DNA from: Octopus vulgaris
Lineage: Eukaryota
Direction: 5' to 3'
DNA length: 64,000 nucleotides
Assembly (NCBI GenBank): GCA_951406725.2
Contig: OX597827.1
Location: forward strand, 1,674,001-1,738,000
The notes below the pieces were generated by a model. The model was not told the DNA's origin and made no database searches. It saw nothing but the letters and a program-made list of their open reading frames with translations. Positions 39,777 to 53,451 of the stretch are shown piece after piece. Each line of letters begins with the position of its first letter. Positions within the stretch are counted from its first letter, which is position 1. The translations under genes and the position numbers were made by a program.

Positions 39777-41284
39777 GCTTTAGTCTATATGTCCTACATA
39801 CAAGAGCAAGGTATCGTATCCCTGCCACCTGTATAGACTACAGTCCCATCAATTTTAACCTAACATCATTAAATACTCCATGTAAAGACTGCTGCTCCTA
39901 GTGTGATGACCAAGTCACTGAATGATACCAACATCCCAACCTACCATGCTACCATGTGCTCTGTCTAATACAAGGAACTGATGTCTATGAATAGACCATG
40001 CTCACAGCTTGCTGCCTAAGTAATGCCAGCATCCTGCCAATATTCTGTCCAAACAGGACATGGTCCTAAAAATAAAGAAAATAGCTGGAGTCTCTTTTGC
40101 AGCATAAACAATGCATGACCTGACCTGCCCAGTATGAGCCTAACATCCAGAAGCCATCATGAATTCTCAAATCTCAAATCTCGCACTCTTCTCCTGATAT
40201 CACCAGGAGAAGAGTGTCTCACTGGCCCACAACGTTTTAAGTCATGGGGAGGTGAGTCAAACTGTTTTTAAATATATGTATCATGATCACATGATTGATT
40301 AGACTATTGGATGTTGTTTTGCATCACTGGTCACAATGCACTTTACATCATTTTAATTTTCAAATGATGCCAACCTACTGGCAAGCCTATACACACATAC
40401 ACACACACATGCATGCATACACACATATGCACACACACACACACATGCATGCACACGCACATACACACATACAGACATACATGCACACACATGTACACAT
40501 GCATACACACACGTGCACATATGTGCACACACATGCATGCATGCACATGCATACACACAGACACTCACACACACATGCATGCATGCACACATGCACGCAC
40601 ACACAAACACATACACACACCACACACACACCACACACACACACACACTCACACATATATACACACACATATATACGGTCAAGCTGGAATTAAATATAGT
40701 CACAGAAAATAGCATTGCACAAAGCCTTTCCGCAAAGCCCTATTTCCCACATGGTCTAAGAATGAGGCTGCCGAATGGTCGGATGCATGTGTCTCTGCAT
40801 TCTTTTCTGTCATCAGCTACAAACACTAAATCTGCCAGTTGATAAAGTGAAAGAATGCAGAAAGTCAGGCATCCTATGGCCTGGGGATATCATTCATAGC
40901 CCAATGTGTTTTTATATAAGTTATCTAAGAGGAGAATTTTCTTCCATTATTATTTTGCAGTGAAAGGTCTTCTCACATTTGAGTGTACTTGAATGTGTTA
41001 AACATGATTTTATGTATCTCATTATTCAGTTTATTTCAAGATTTCTAGCCAACACAGAAAGAACTGGTTTCTAACCTAGATCCAAGGCTCTTTGGAATTT
41101 CAACATCAACAACATAGTATTTTTGTATGTATGCATGTGTGTATGTATGCTTGTATGTATGTATGTATGTATGTATGTATGTATGTATGTATGTATGTAT
41201 GTATGTATGTATGTATGTGCAGATTTGTATATTTTATGCATGTATTCACATGCATATAGTTGCATATCTAGATATACTCATATA

Positions 41285-41915
41285 TATTTAAATGATAAAC
41301 TTCTGGAAAGTTTTACAGATTTTTACAGTTCCAGTGATGGATTGGATCTGTAGTCTTCAAATTAGCTTTCTCCTTTCTGGTTTTGAGAAGCCTAATTTCT
41401 TAAGATTGGTATTTAGGCATTATGTTGCATATCCCAGGGCCCCGATAATTACAGGTATAAACCTGAACTTGTAATCTGCATAGAGTAACTGCAGTTTTCT
41501 CAATAGTTCAGCATAGGTGTTCTATTTTTCACTGATCTTCAGCTTTATGTTAACATCCGTTGGGCAGCCAATTTCGACAACTGTGCAAAGTTTTTCTTCT
41601 CTATCCCAAATCATTATATCAGGTCTGTTGTGCTTACATTTTATTGAGGCCTTCACTGGTACATTCCACCAGTATTCCTTTTTATTATGATTGGCTATGG
41701 CTTCTAGCATATTGTGGGTTCTTATTTTCTAGTCCTCTGTATTATCCTTCCGACAGATTTCATTATAGAGTGTCCTAGCTACAATGTCATGTCTCATCGG
41801 TAGATAATACCGTGATGACATTTTCGGACAACTGCTTATGACGTGGGTGATATCTTCAGTATGAACTCCACAAAGTCTGCATTGGTTGTCACATTTTATG
41901 GCTTTTCCTGCATCC
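41285..41915 (-). mobile_element. R4/Dong-like non-LTR retrotransposon 3' fragment (restriction-like endonuclease)
   Basis: CRLCGVHTEDITHVISSCP (CCHC), RHDIVA, HNRPDIMIWD..VVEIGCP..EK*NTY..IPVIIGALG. Confidence 0.85.
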
Positions 41916-43051
41916 CTTTTGTGCATGTATATATGTATGTATCTGTCTATCACTCTTTGCCTCTCCTTTCAACTAACCATGTGACACATTTAGCCTTAGT
42001 ATATTATAATATGCCTCTCTTCTTTTTTCTCTACTCAGACTTCTCCCCCCACTCTCTTTCACTTTTACTCCACCTCTCACTCACTCACTCCTCTCTAACT
42101 AAAGTATAATGGGTGAACAAACAAGATTATTATACAGATTATTAAAGATCAGGACACAGGTGAAAGCATTCCTATACCTATCAACAGGTAAAAGTTTTCC
42201 TATTTTTGCCATCCATGAGGGTCTTTACAATATTTGAGAGATGGTCATGTGTTGTGTTTGCCCATAGTCAGATATGGTTTACAATTTAAAACTTAATCTA
42301 CTGACTGAAACCTTTTTCTCTCTGTGAAGTGGAGGCCATCAATGAGATTTCTCTGCTGTTTGCAACTCTGTGCAATCAGAAGCAGAGTGGTCTCCATCTT
42401 CTAGGTCTTGTTGGTTGTAAAACTGCTTTTTCCTAGGTTTGCGTGTTAAATGTAAAACCATTTCCTATTAGTCTGGCCCCTGTCCCTTCACTCTGCTGGC
42501 ATAGCTCTCAGAGTCAGTGAGGCACATAAACCACCACAACTGCAACAAGGACTGGATCCTGTCATGGGTAGCTTCAAAAACGTTAATCAATTAGATTGAT
42601 ATTAATGATGATGTTCAAACAGCAATTTTTCAATCAAGCTTTTTATTCTTTTCTGAATTGATCCATGTGTTTAGACACTCAAGTTATAGGAAACTGTTAA
42701 GCTATGGTCTCACTCTACAATTCAGAAATGAGAAGGGTGCTTGTGGTTTGCTTGCTAAGAGTGTCTAAAATAAAAAAGAAACTATTAACTTCAGTTCCAT
42801 CAAGGCACCTCATTTAAATGCAAATATTGGATTGCTCTTTTCTTAGCCCAAAAGGAACCATTATAAAATATGAATGACTTTCTGATACTCTGCTAATAGT
42901 AAATATTTGGTGAAACTTCAGGGCTTCCAAGTAGTATTCCACTGCATCAAATTTGGTAAATCAACAGAACATTTTATTTTATATTCTGCAAAACAACCTG
43001 ATAACTGTGGCACTGCAGTTCAAAGAAACTACTTTTGTAATATTTCTAATC

Positions 43052-43278
43052 TTAATCTTTTAGCATTAAGATTACTCTCTAAAACATAATACTTATTTAT
43101 CCATATTTTTTTTAATTAATCATGCATTGTCTTACATATTTGAGATTTCAATGTTGTGATTGTATATTTTTAGAATTACATTGTCTAGTAGGCCTGAGAG
43201 GCTGAATCTTGCTAGTTTGAACATAAAACATGTAGAATATTTTTGCTGGTATTGCCAGTTTAAATACTAAAAGGATTA
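43052..43278. mobile_element. piggyBac-like MITE (diverged)
   Basis: Aligns by eye with 35670-35913: ttaatcttttagc...tactaaaaggatta. Confidence 0.65.
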
Positions 43279-43440
43279 TGGTTAATCAAACCATTTACAA
43301 GGTTACTGATGAAAACCACTTTATTTTGGAAGGTGTTTGTTAAGCTATCCATAGGATTAGATATGAATCTGTGAACTTGGTCAGTAGGAGTATTATAAAA
43401 TGTAGATGAAGTAAGTTGGCCGTCACAAGTAATATACGAT

Positions 43441-43731
43441 GAACGTCGCCCTTTTCAAGCCTAGTCAGGCTCATGGGACAGGTTTCCCAGTTTCTGTGGT
43501 CTATGTGTTCCCCCCAGTCCATCGCAGCATTACCCAAGAAACAAGAAGGAAGAGTGAAAGAAAGTTGTGGCGAAGAGTACAACAGGAGTCGCCAATAACC
43601 CCTGCCGGAGCCTTATGGAGCTTTTAGGTGTTTTCGCTCAATAAATATACACAATGCCCGATCTGGGAATTGAAACCATGATCCTCCGACCGCGAGTCCA
43701 TTGCCCTAACCACTGGGCCACTGCGCCTCCA
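43441..43731 (-). mobile_element. tRNA-derived SINE, family C, with TSD
   Basis: Head ggaggcgcagtggcccagtggttaggg..gtttcaattccc, with the tail shared with family D. TSD cacaagtaatata at 43424-43436 and 43732-43744. Head-only copies at 59806-59893 and ~56315-56386. Confidence 0.85.
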
Positions 43732-45968
43732 CACAAGTAATATAAGATATACATATAGCAAGTTTGCTATGCTTAAAGAAGTTAGGCTTTGTTGCTGTGT
43801 TTTACAATGTTGTAGGCAGTGAAACTAATATGATAATCTCTGCGTTTATAATAAAATGAGTGTCAGCAATCTTTTTGAAAGTTGTTTGACATGTTTAGAG
43901 AGTGTAAGTCTATTTAGTTTGTTTGCTTGTATCAGGATGTCTGAGGATTGTCTGAGTGGTTTCATGCAATTATCTAAAAGGTTTTTAAAAGGCATTTATA
44001 GTGTATGAGAGGGCATTTCCATGTTCTAAAGCCACACTTGTCAATAATAGCATTGTATTGGTTGAAATTTTTGAAAGAACACTTTCCAACCTAAGGGTTT
44101 GATGACACTTAGTTTCCACTATGATTTACGTTTCATGATCCCAACAAAACAAGATGTTGTTTATGCCTATCTGAGAAATTACATATTTTTGTACAAATAC
44201 ACAGATAGCTGAGTGAATCAAGCACCTTACCTTTATGTGGCAAACTGATACCAGATACTAGCAGAATTCCCAATATTTTTGACTGATTCCATTACTTTCT
44301 GAGATCAGTTACTACATTTCACCAGCTTTACAAGCAGTAACAATTTGTTATGGAATTTTTGTCAACCATCGATGATGGAATTGCACCAGTTATCATTTTA
44401 CTGGATTAAGTGTTAGAAACACAAGGATGTAGCTGGAGAGAATATATTTAAATACGTGTATATATTTAGCTTAATATGTATGACATTTTCTTTTCTACGT
44501 CTTTTCCCATTAGCCATCATTACATTTCTATGTTATTTCTGCTTTATATGAAGATATTTTCATGTTTTATATATAACATTTCTAATTCCTATTCTTTGTA
44601 AAGAATGTTTATGTTTGAGATTTGTTACTTGCATTTGTAATAATAAACAGGTGAAGAAATAATGGACACATTTTGCTAATGTCTCATTCTTGCCATTTGT
44701 CCATTAATTCCCAGATTGTGTTTTGTTTTTTAACACCATTGACACTGCTGGATTGAACAGTACAGTCCAAGTGTTGAAACCATAATGATATCTGTTCAGC
44801 TGCTGATGATCAGCATAAATATTTGATGTGTTTGCTATCTACGAAGCTTTTATATCTTGTGATCTGGTTCTGAGTTGTCCTTCGTTCCCAAATGATTGAA
44901 CTTGTTAAAGGAGTCTTGGTTTCTTGGTTTTATGTTGGTTTTTATATTTTACACCATATTGTCTGATGGCACTTCATTGGGATCCTAATAATAGCAAGGT
45001 AATACTTATTTTAGGGTTTCTGCTTTAGTGAGGTTTTGTTACCTGAACCCTTATATTTTTGTTTTAAACTTGAATTCAGTTCCTGCCAAATGAACTCAGT
45101 GCTAAGATACTTTATGTGAAAACAATATTTATGTTACTTTTGTAAGATATATATTTCTCTTATCACTCCAATACTAATTTGTATTAGTGTTGTATTGCCA
45201 ATTGTTATGACGGTACTTCTTTACACTATAACTGTGTAGTAACAATAAAATATTTAACAAAGTTGGGTAACAACAACGTAACAATCCAGCAAAGCTCTCC
45301 ATGAACTATACACAAACCGACAAACGATATTCCAACAAACTACTAAAATGACACCTGACGACTTCCTGTGGTTAATGCCAACTCTCTCTTTATTTTGGCA
45401 CTGTGGTCATTCACACAGAGGGGACAGCACAAGGCCAGACAGAACACCACAGTGGGGACAAAAAACACAAAACGAATGAAAAAGCTGTTAAACAATAATG
45501 AAAATGAAATGGCTGCATGAGCCCTCCTCCCACGCAGTACCATTTGAATGTTTAAACACAGTTTACAATCTTCTTTTTTCCCTTTTTTTTTCCATCATCA
45601 TCGATTTTTCCCTTTTTTTTAATGAAACAATTTTACTAACTTTTTTTTTAAATATCTCATAAATGGTCCTAGTTCTTTTAACTCCACCACTGGTGGCAGT
45701 TCATCAAATTCCACCACAGCTCCCGACGGATCAATGCCCCTTCCACACATTTACCGCATGTATATATATATATGCATATATAATAATAAATATTAGGGAA
45801 TAAATCCAAATTTACAGGGAAAAATCAGATTTAGGATTGAATCCAATTTTATAGTAAAATATAATATAATATTAATTAGAGACAAAACCACTATTATGCA
45901 AATCAAACAAAGAAAGACTTAATCCAATACATAAAACATTTTATATAAATTAAATAAAATTAAGTTTT

Positions 45969-46014
45969 CCACTACAATTGTTTCCTGTCACTTCTAAGGA
46001 CATTCATCAGGTGG
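45969..46014 (-). ncRNA. Intact minimal hammerhead ribozyme
   Basis: Minus strand ccac-CTGATGA-a-tgtc cttagaagt gaca-g-GAAA-C AATT G-TA-gtgg. The core is complete, the cleavage triplet is GUA, and stem III is palindromic (ACAATTGT). Confidence 0.85.
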
Positions 46015-46516
46015 TTTCAAGACCTTCTATTCAATTTTAAATTATATATATATATGCATATATATATATAAAATGTATATATACTTAGTGGTTCTGACAT
46101 TCACCCACTTCAAAAATTTTTTTTAAATGGATAAAAAATTATTTCAACCTAAGACAAATATCCAAATTTCATCTCAGGGACTGTTAAAGAAACTTTCCTC
46201 ATGCAAAATTAATAGTAATTAGTGTCAGGGACCGTGTGATTACGTTACTGTGAGAACAACACATTTAAACTGTAATTAACCCTTTCATTTCACTCTGCTT
46301 AAATGTAAAGGGGAAGAAAATCTTGGTTTGGATTAAATGTAATCTTGTCTATTCTATATATACGTATCTATATACTGGCTTCAAATTTTTGCACAAGGCC
46401 AGCAATTTTTCAGGCAGAGTAAAGTTGATTACATCGACCCCAGTGCTCAACTGCTACTCAATTTATCAATCCGATAAGGATGAAAGGCAAAGTTATATAT
46501 ATATATATATATACTT

Positions 46517-46554
<38 letters not shown>

Positions 46555-46691
46555 ATCTCCATTGGTATCGCTGTTTAATGATTTTCTTTTATAAACTCTG
46601 TTGTATAAAGTAGAGTTGTTCATTAAGTCAGAGGCAAACATTCTCTATTTCAAGTTCTATCTATATGTCTATATATATATATATATATATA

Positions 46692-47028
46692 TCATCATCA
46701 TCATCATCATCATTTAGCACCTGCTTTCCATGCTGGTATGGGTTAGATGGTTTGACTGGAACTGGTAAGCCGGAGAGCAGCCCCTGGTTCCAATCTAATT
46801 TGGCTTAGTTTCTATGGCTGGATGCCCTTCCTAATGCCAACCACTCAAAATGCTTTAATGGCCCTTTTTATGTGTGCCACCGGCATGAGTGCATTTACGT
46901 GATACTGGCACGGGTGCCAGTTACTTGACACCAGCATTGACCACGGCTACATTTTTCACTTGGCTTGATGAGTCTTCTTAAGCACAGCATATTACGAAAG
47001 GTCTCGGTCACTTTTCATCGCCTCCATG
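46692..47028 (-). mobile_element. RTE LINE 3' end
   Basis: (CAT)n tail and family core, ending in the ORF-terminal 'aaggtctcggtcacttttcatcgcc' shared with 456-480. Confidence 0.75.
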
Positions 47029-47600
47029 ATATATATGTATGTGTGTATGTGTGTGTGTGTGTTAGCAAATACATATCTGACTCTACATTTATTGAGCACT
47101 TTTATATTTTATGTCCCACAAAATAGTGCAAAACATGTTTATGCTTTTGTATCAATGTGGATACAGGCATCTGCTAAATTAACTCCTCCTCCTCCTCCTC
47201 CCCCTCCATTTCTCTACTCTCATCTTATTCCCTGCACCATATGTATCCTTTCATTTCTTTCATCTTCACCTCTTCTTTTCTCTCATATTTTGTACCAACA
47301 CCAAAACAACTACCAGAACCAGCATAACAACCACCACCACCACCATTTAAATAGCACTATCCCCACATTCATTTCTACATATTTTACGATGACGACAGCC
47401 ACCACCACCACCACCACCACCACCACCTCCGGTACCTCCGTCACAACCACCGTTCATACCATACCCTCCAGTGATGTCAAAAGCTGCAATCATGTGCATC
47501 TATTAAAACATTTGAACAGTGCGTAGAAACCCTTAAGCAAAACGTATTGAAAAGAATTTTCTCTTTCATTTTCACCGATCTTTCTTACATATACATATGT

Positions 47601-47633
<33 letters not shown>

Positions 47634-47722
47634 TATTTATATATGTAAGTATGTATGTAGGTATGGATGTAAATTCATCTCTTTCTCTCTCTCTCAATAT
47701 ATATATATATATATATATACAT

Positions 47723-47790
<68 letters not shown>

Positions 47791-48324
47791 ATACACTTAT
47801 ATATATGTCTATGCCTGTATGTATTTATGTATACACATACACAGATACACAGTTGTCTCCATGTGTATGGAAGGACGGATGCATATACTTAAAAATAACT
47901 CTTTAAAATTCCCGGCTTTCTTTCTTGCTTTTCTCTCTAAGCTTTTCCTGTATTTCTTCAGTTTCTCTTCCATTCCTTCCTCCATTCAAATTCATCGTTC
48001 CTCTCCGCAGCTTTTAGTGCTTCCTTCTTTTGGCTTTTTTTTTTTACTTTGGTTTCCCTTCTCTTTCTTCTCTTTTCTAAATTCTTTAAAAATTTCTCCT
48101 CTCCTCTTTTTACCCCTTCCTCCCCTTTTTCACTTCCATTCTCCTCCTCCTTCCATTCTCCTCCTCCTCCTCCCACTTTGTGTTTTTATGTGTATGTGTG
48201 TGTGTGTGTATGTATGTGTATGTATATATATATATATATATATATATGCTTGCACACATACATGCATTCATATTTACAAACATATATACATGCACACATG
48301 TGTGTGTATGTGTGGGTATGTATG

Positions 48325-48368
<44 letters not shown>

Positions 48369-48544
48369 TATATATATATAAATATATATATATACATACA
48401 CATATATGCATACATATATATACACATACAAATGTATATATTAATACATATCTATCTGTCTTTGTCTCTCTGTCTGTCTTTCTCTCTCTCTCCATATGTA
48501 TATATATGTGTGTGTGTATGTGTTTATATATATATGTATGCATA

Positions 48545-48605
<61 letters not shown>

Positions 48606-48674
48606 GCATGTATAAATGTAAATATGAATGTTTGTATGTATGTGTGTACATGTATACATACATTCGTATATATT

Positions 48675-50750
48675 TATCAAATCCTGAAATTGCCCTCTCC
48701 AGATAAAGGACATTGACATCTTTGAAGCTGATTTAATGACAACCATAAAAAGGTACAATTCCAGCATCTTCCTAACACCTTCTTAAATTCCTCAAACATC
48801 TACATGGTTCAAATTAAACAATCACCTAATGTAAACATTCTTGCCAACAAAACAGAGAACATATATGTAACAAACTCTTCTATACACACCTGACTTCCTA
48901 CAAACACAATCATTGAAACATAAAATAAACTAACTTCTTTAATAAACGCAATGGCATAAGAGTTACTCACCCTTCTAAATACACAAGACTACTACACATC
49001 CTCATCCCTATATCACCTTCAAAGATCATAAGTTTAACGTCCTTTCTAATCTTAAATGTAAGTTGATTAACCCTTCTAAGAGCAAAATAGGAATTGTATG
49101 CAAGTGTGTACACAATACCATCGACTCTAATATTAGGAGGGCTATGGGGTTGATACAATGGGATTGCAGTACCACAATAAATGACTGCTTTTGTAGTATT
49201 GTGAATAAAGCAGCCTGTTAGTTCAAACAGTTTGATATTGTTACTTTCTACTCTTCGACACTCAAATCTCTCCTTCTCCTCCTGGTGGTCTTAGACTTTG
49301 GTAGGCAATTCATCAAAGTCAGTGTCCTTAATATCAGAATCATCATAAATGCTAGATCATCAATCATAGCTCATAAGGATTTCTGTTGGGTAAAGAGGAA
49401 AGGTGACCTGCTGTTCGTTGTATCTTTGAAGAGCTACAGTGGGACTCAGGTCACTAACTTCATCAGTATTTGTCTTGGATATTCTCAAGAAGTGTCCACA
49501 TCCTATAACTTTACCCTGACTTAGAATGATGGTCTGCCAGTCTCAAGCCATAAGAATGGCCACATCGTGGAAAAGTTCAGAAAAGATCTAATTATGATCT
49601 TCAAAAGAATTCAGCCCATCTATAACATCTATGTGACAAACGTTTTACTTTCTAAATGTAACCTTAACCCTTTTAGTATTCAGATTATTCTGTGAAATGT
49701 AGTATTTGTGTATTCATATTGTTTTGAATTAATCATGCATAATCTTGTAACCTAGAGATTTCAATAATGTGATTGTTAAGTTTCTGAAGGACATTGTAGG
49801 GTAGATGTGAGATGTCAGATCTGGCCAGTAGGATATTTAGCTGGATATGGCCTGTTTAAATGCCAAAGGATTAAACTTGAAGACTTGCAAGTATCAACCT
49901 CAAGGAAAACTCAAAGATGAAACTGTTTCCATTCACAGATATTCTAACCACCTCTCCAGTAGTAATTAGAAACCTAGTTACAAGAATAAGTAGAAGAATC
50001 TCTAAGCTACCAGCAAACAGAAATTTTCAATAAGGCTACCCTTAGGGGTGTTAGTGAGGGGTGGATTCATTGAGAAGCTAGTATATATGGAGAACAGCCT
50101 GTCCTATCTCCAAAGCTGAAGTAGGTTAGAACGAGAAAGGTAATCTGGTTTCATTCTCCATTTAACCTGGCTGTTTCAACATAGCTGAGAGCAATCTGAT
50201 ACTAATTACGAGCGCTTTTCTCTAGAATCCATAAATATTATAAATTATTCAATTCCCTCAATGTAAAGATCACTTACTCCTGCTTAGGCAACATTGCTTC
50301 AAATATCGTGTGTTACACTAGATGCAAATACATACCTACAGTTTCTTACCTATACCTCCAGCCTGTGACTGCTGAAATCCTACTAACTGCCCACCGAGAG
50401 GATCTTGTCTCTCAAAAGCTGTAGTTTATTGGGCCACCCTCACACCATGGGATGGCATTACAAGACACTACACAGGCATGACAGCCAATAACTTTTACGG
50501 AAGGTATACACTGTATATTAACTCCTCCCTGTCCCACCTCATCTGCAGAATCTGCAATCATCAAAATGACTCTTCCCAACATCAAATGGACTATCATTGA
50601 CAATTGACAGGGAATTTTTCTTACTTACCTATCACTTGCAATTGTCAACTCTGTCTCAGCAAAAGACTACACATACTTCACCAACTTGCATTGTCCATCA
50701 ATAGGAAGAATGGACTGCCTTAGAGTTATCTTCAGTGAGACACCCTGTTG
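48675..50750 (+). pseudogene. Near full-length, heavily decayed Penelope-like element (RT + GIY-YIG; same type as the 24780 fragment)
   Basis: FEADL, ANKTENIY, YITFKDHK..CKLINPSKSKIG, QFDIVTFYSS, WVKRKG..SYSG, RNDGL, FLNVTL|NL, HRYSNH, VIWFHSPFN, VKITYSC, CDC..CP..SCL..VVY, YTGMT, IKWTI, CQLCL. Interrupted by a MITE at 49664-49874. Confidence 0.85.
49664..49874. mobile_element. piggyBac-like MITE inside the PLE RT
   Basis: TTAA on both sides. Removing it restores FLNVTLNL. Confidence 0.8.
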
Positions 50751-51158
50751 AGGCGCTGTGAGCTACTGGCAGTTGCCAATTCAAGTACATCACCCTAGGC
50801 TTGGCTAACCACAAGACACAGGTAGGTTAATCAAACCTTGCCATCGGTATAGACTCCAGCCCCACCCATGCTGATAATCCAGCATCAGTTTTAACCTAAC
50901 ATCCTCAACTCTGGTTACTCCACATCCCACTCCACACCCGTAGAGATTGCTGCTGCTAAAGTGTTAACAATTCCACTGAACAACGACTAACTGACTAACT
51001 CACGAAAACACTCCACCCTTTGGTCAAATAAACCAACACCAATATTTACTTTGTAAGTTTGGTACTTATGTATTGGTTCCTTTTGCTGAATTACTAAGTT
51101 ATGGTAATATAAGCAAGCTGCCACCTGTGGTCAGGTCATAGTGGGAGACAATCACAAG

Positions 51159-51194
<36 letters not shown>

Positions 51195-51341
51195 GGGCAT
51201 TAATACACATAAATGCCTCATGCTATGAGGGACTATTAAATTTAAAACTAAATATATTTGAAAGGAATAATTATAATTTTCCCTTACGAGGTTTTTCACA
51301 CTGACTACATGATAAATTCTTATAAATATTTTATCCTATTT

Positions 51342-51385
<44 letters not shown>

Positions 51386-51597
51386 GATATTCATTTCTTG
51401 TCACCTCAAATGAATAAATTTTGGGCTTTTTGCTAAAGATTTCTGAGGGGAGGAACATTTCACCAAGTCTATAGACATATTGTTACAACCCTCATCTAAC
51501 CAAGAAGCATCCAACCCATGCCAACGGGGAAAACAAATTTCCTCATTTCTTTTGACTATCCTCATTATTATTAACTCCATTTATGTATGTGTATTCA

Positions 51598-51628
<31 letters not shown>

Positions 51629-51823
51629 TCACACATACACACACACTCACACACATACACACACAAAACTGTGCACAAATATATGCATTTATTTAGAGAG
51701 GGTGTCCTGACATAGAAACCTTGTCAAAACTAAGACATGACTAAAGCATGACATGACCCTGCAAATTGTCAGATCTTGTTGAAATCTCCAATACATGCCA
51801 GCATGAAAAATGCATGAGAAACG

Positions 51824-51825
51824 AT

Positions 51826-51856
<31 letters not shown>

Positions 51857-52230
51857 ATGATGATTATAATGGTGATGGTCATGATGACAACAATGATGAT
51901 GATGTTGATTATGATTATGACAACCATGATGGTGGTGATGATGATGTTGGTGATGATAGCAACAACACTGATGATGATGACGCAATGATGATGGTGATGA
52001 TGAAGAAGAAGAAGAAGATAATGATAACGATGATGATGATGATGATGACGACGACGACGACAACAGCGATGACGATGATGATGACGATGACAATGATAAT
52101 GACGAGGATGACAACAACGATGATGACGACCATGATGATGCTGAAGACGATGATGATGATGACGATGACAATGACAATGACAGCGACAATGATGGTGATG
52201 ATGATGATGATGATGATGATGACAACAATG
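51824..52230. repeat. (GAT/GAC)n compound microsatellite (another at 52870-53485)
   Basis: Seen directly. It is preceded by an RTE-tail-like 'catgccagcatgaaaaatg..aaacgatg'. Confidence 0.9.
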
Positions 52231-52567
52231 TTCTGATCTGAAGACATAAATCACTTTTTCCGCCTCTTATAATGAATTTTTCAGAAAATTTTCATTGGTC
52301 GGAAATTTAAAGCATAAAATGCCAGACAAAATCTCACTTGCCAGTATTATCCTGATTGTTCTCTAACTTTCGACGTAGAGAGCGCTTGGCTGCTTCCTCC
52401 TTGCATCCAACTGTCATAAAAGATGACTTCTGTGTTTTTCAGACTCTGTTAACTTGTTTTGTTTTAATATGAAACCTCATATCATTGTTAGATAGAAAGG
52501 GCCTTTGTTCACCTCATCAGATCTCCTGTGTGCCTGTGTCTGTGTCAGTGTTATGGCATGCAGTAAT

Positions 52568-52824
52568 AAAAATAAATGCGCCCTTTTAAAGCCTAGTCAG
52601 GCTCAGGGGCCCGGTTTTCTGGTTTCTATGGCGTATGTGTTCCCCAGCTGGACGGGACGCCAGTCCATCGCAGCGTTACTCACTTTTGCCAGCTGAGTGA
52701 ACTGGAGCAACATGAAATGAAGTGTTTTGCTCAAGAACACAACGCATCGCCTGGTCCAGGAATTGAAACCACAATCTTACGATCATGATGCTGACACCCT
52801 AACCACTAAGCCACATGCCTCCAC
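52568..52824 (-). mobile_element. Family D SINE
   Basis: Reverse complement of 4205-4460. Confidence 0.85.
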
Positions 52825-52866
52825 TATGGCATGTAGTACTTAAGTTTTATTCTTCCTAGTTTGTTG

Positions 52867-52914
<48 letters not shown>

Positions 52915-53395
52915 CGACAATAACAACAATGATGAGGATGACAATGATGATGGTGATGACGATGGCACAATGACAATGATGATGATGTGGTGATGACAAC
53001 GATGATTATAATGACTGCAATGTTGATCATGATGACTATGATTATGATGATGATGAGGAGGACAATGGTGATGACGACAAAGACAATGATGACAGTGTGG
53101 TGATGACAACGATGTTTATGATGATGATGATGATGATGATGATAATGATAACAACAATGGTGCTGCTGCTGATGATGATGACGATGATGATGACAATGAT
53201 GATGATAACAAGCTGCTGCTGTTACTGCTGCTGTTGCTGCTATTACTGCTGCTGTTGCCGATGCTGCTGCTGCTGCTGGTGATGGTGATGATGGTGATTT
53301 AGATGACAATGATCACAATGATGATGATACCAATGACGACGATGACGATGATGATGATGATGATATCACAATGACAATGATAAAGACGCCGTTGC

Positions 53396-53451
<56 letters not shown>

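Noticed and set aside
43750-45350. Possible ancient LINE or coding remnant on the minus strand
   Set aside because: Only one weak motif (HNLGING) was seen, which is not enough support.
48967-49283. Minus-strand open frame ending near a GTGAGT donor
   Set aside because: It is the antisense of the plus-strand PLE reverse transcriptase.
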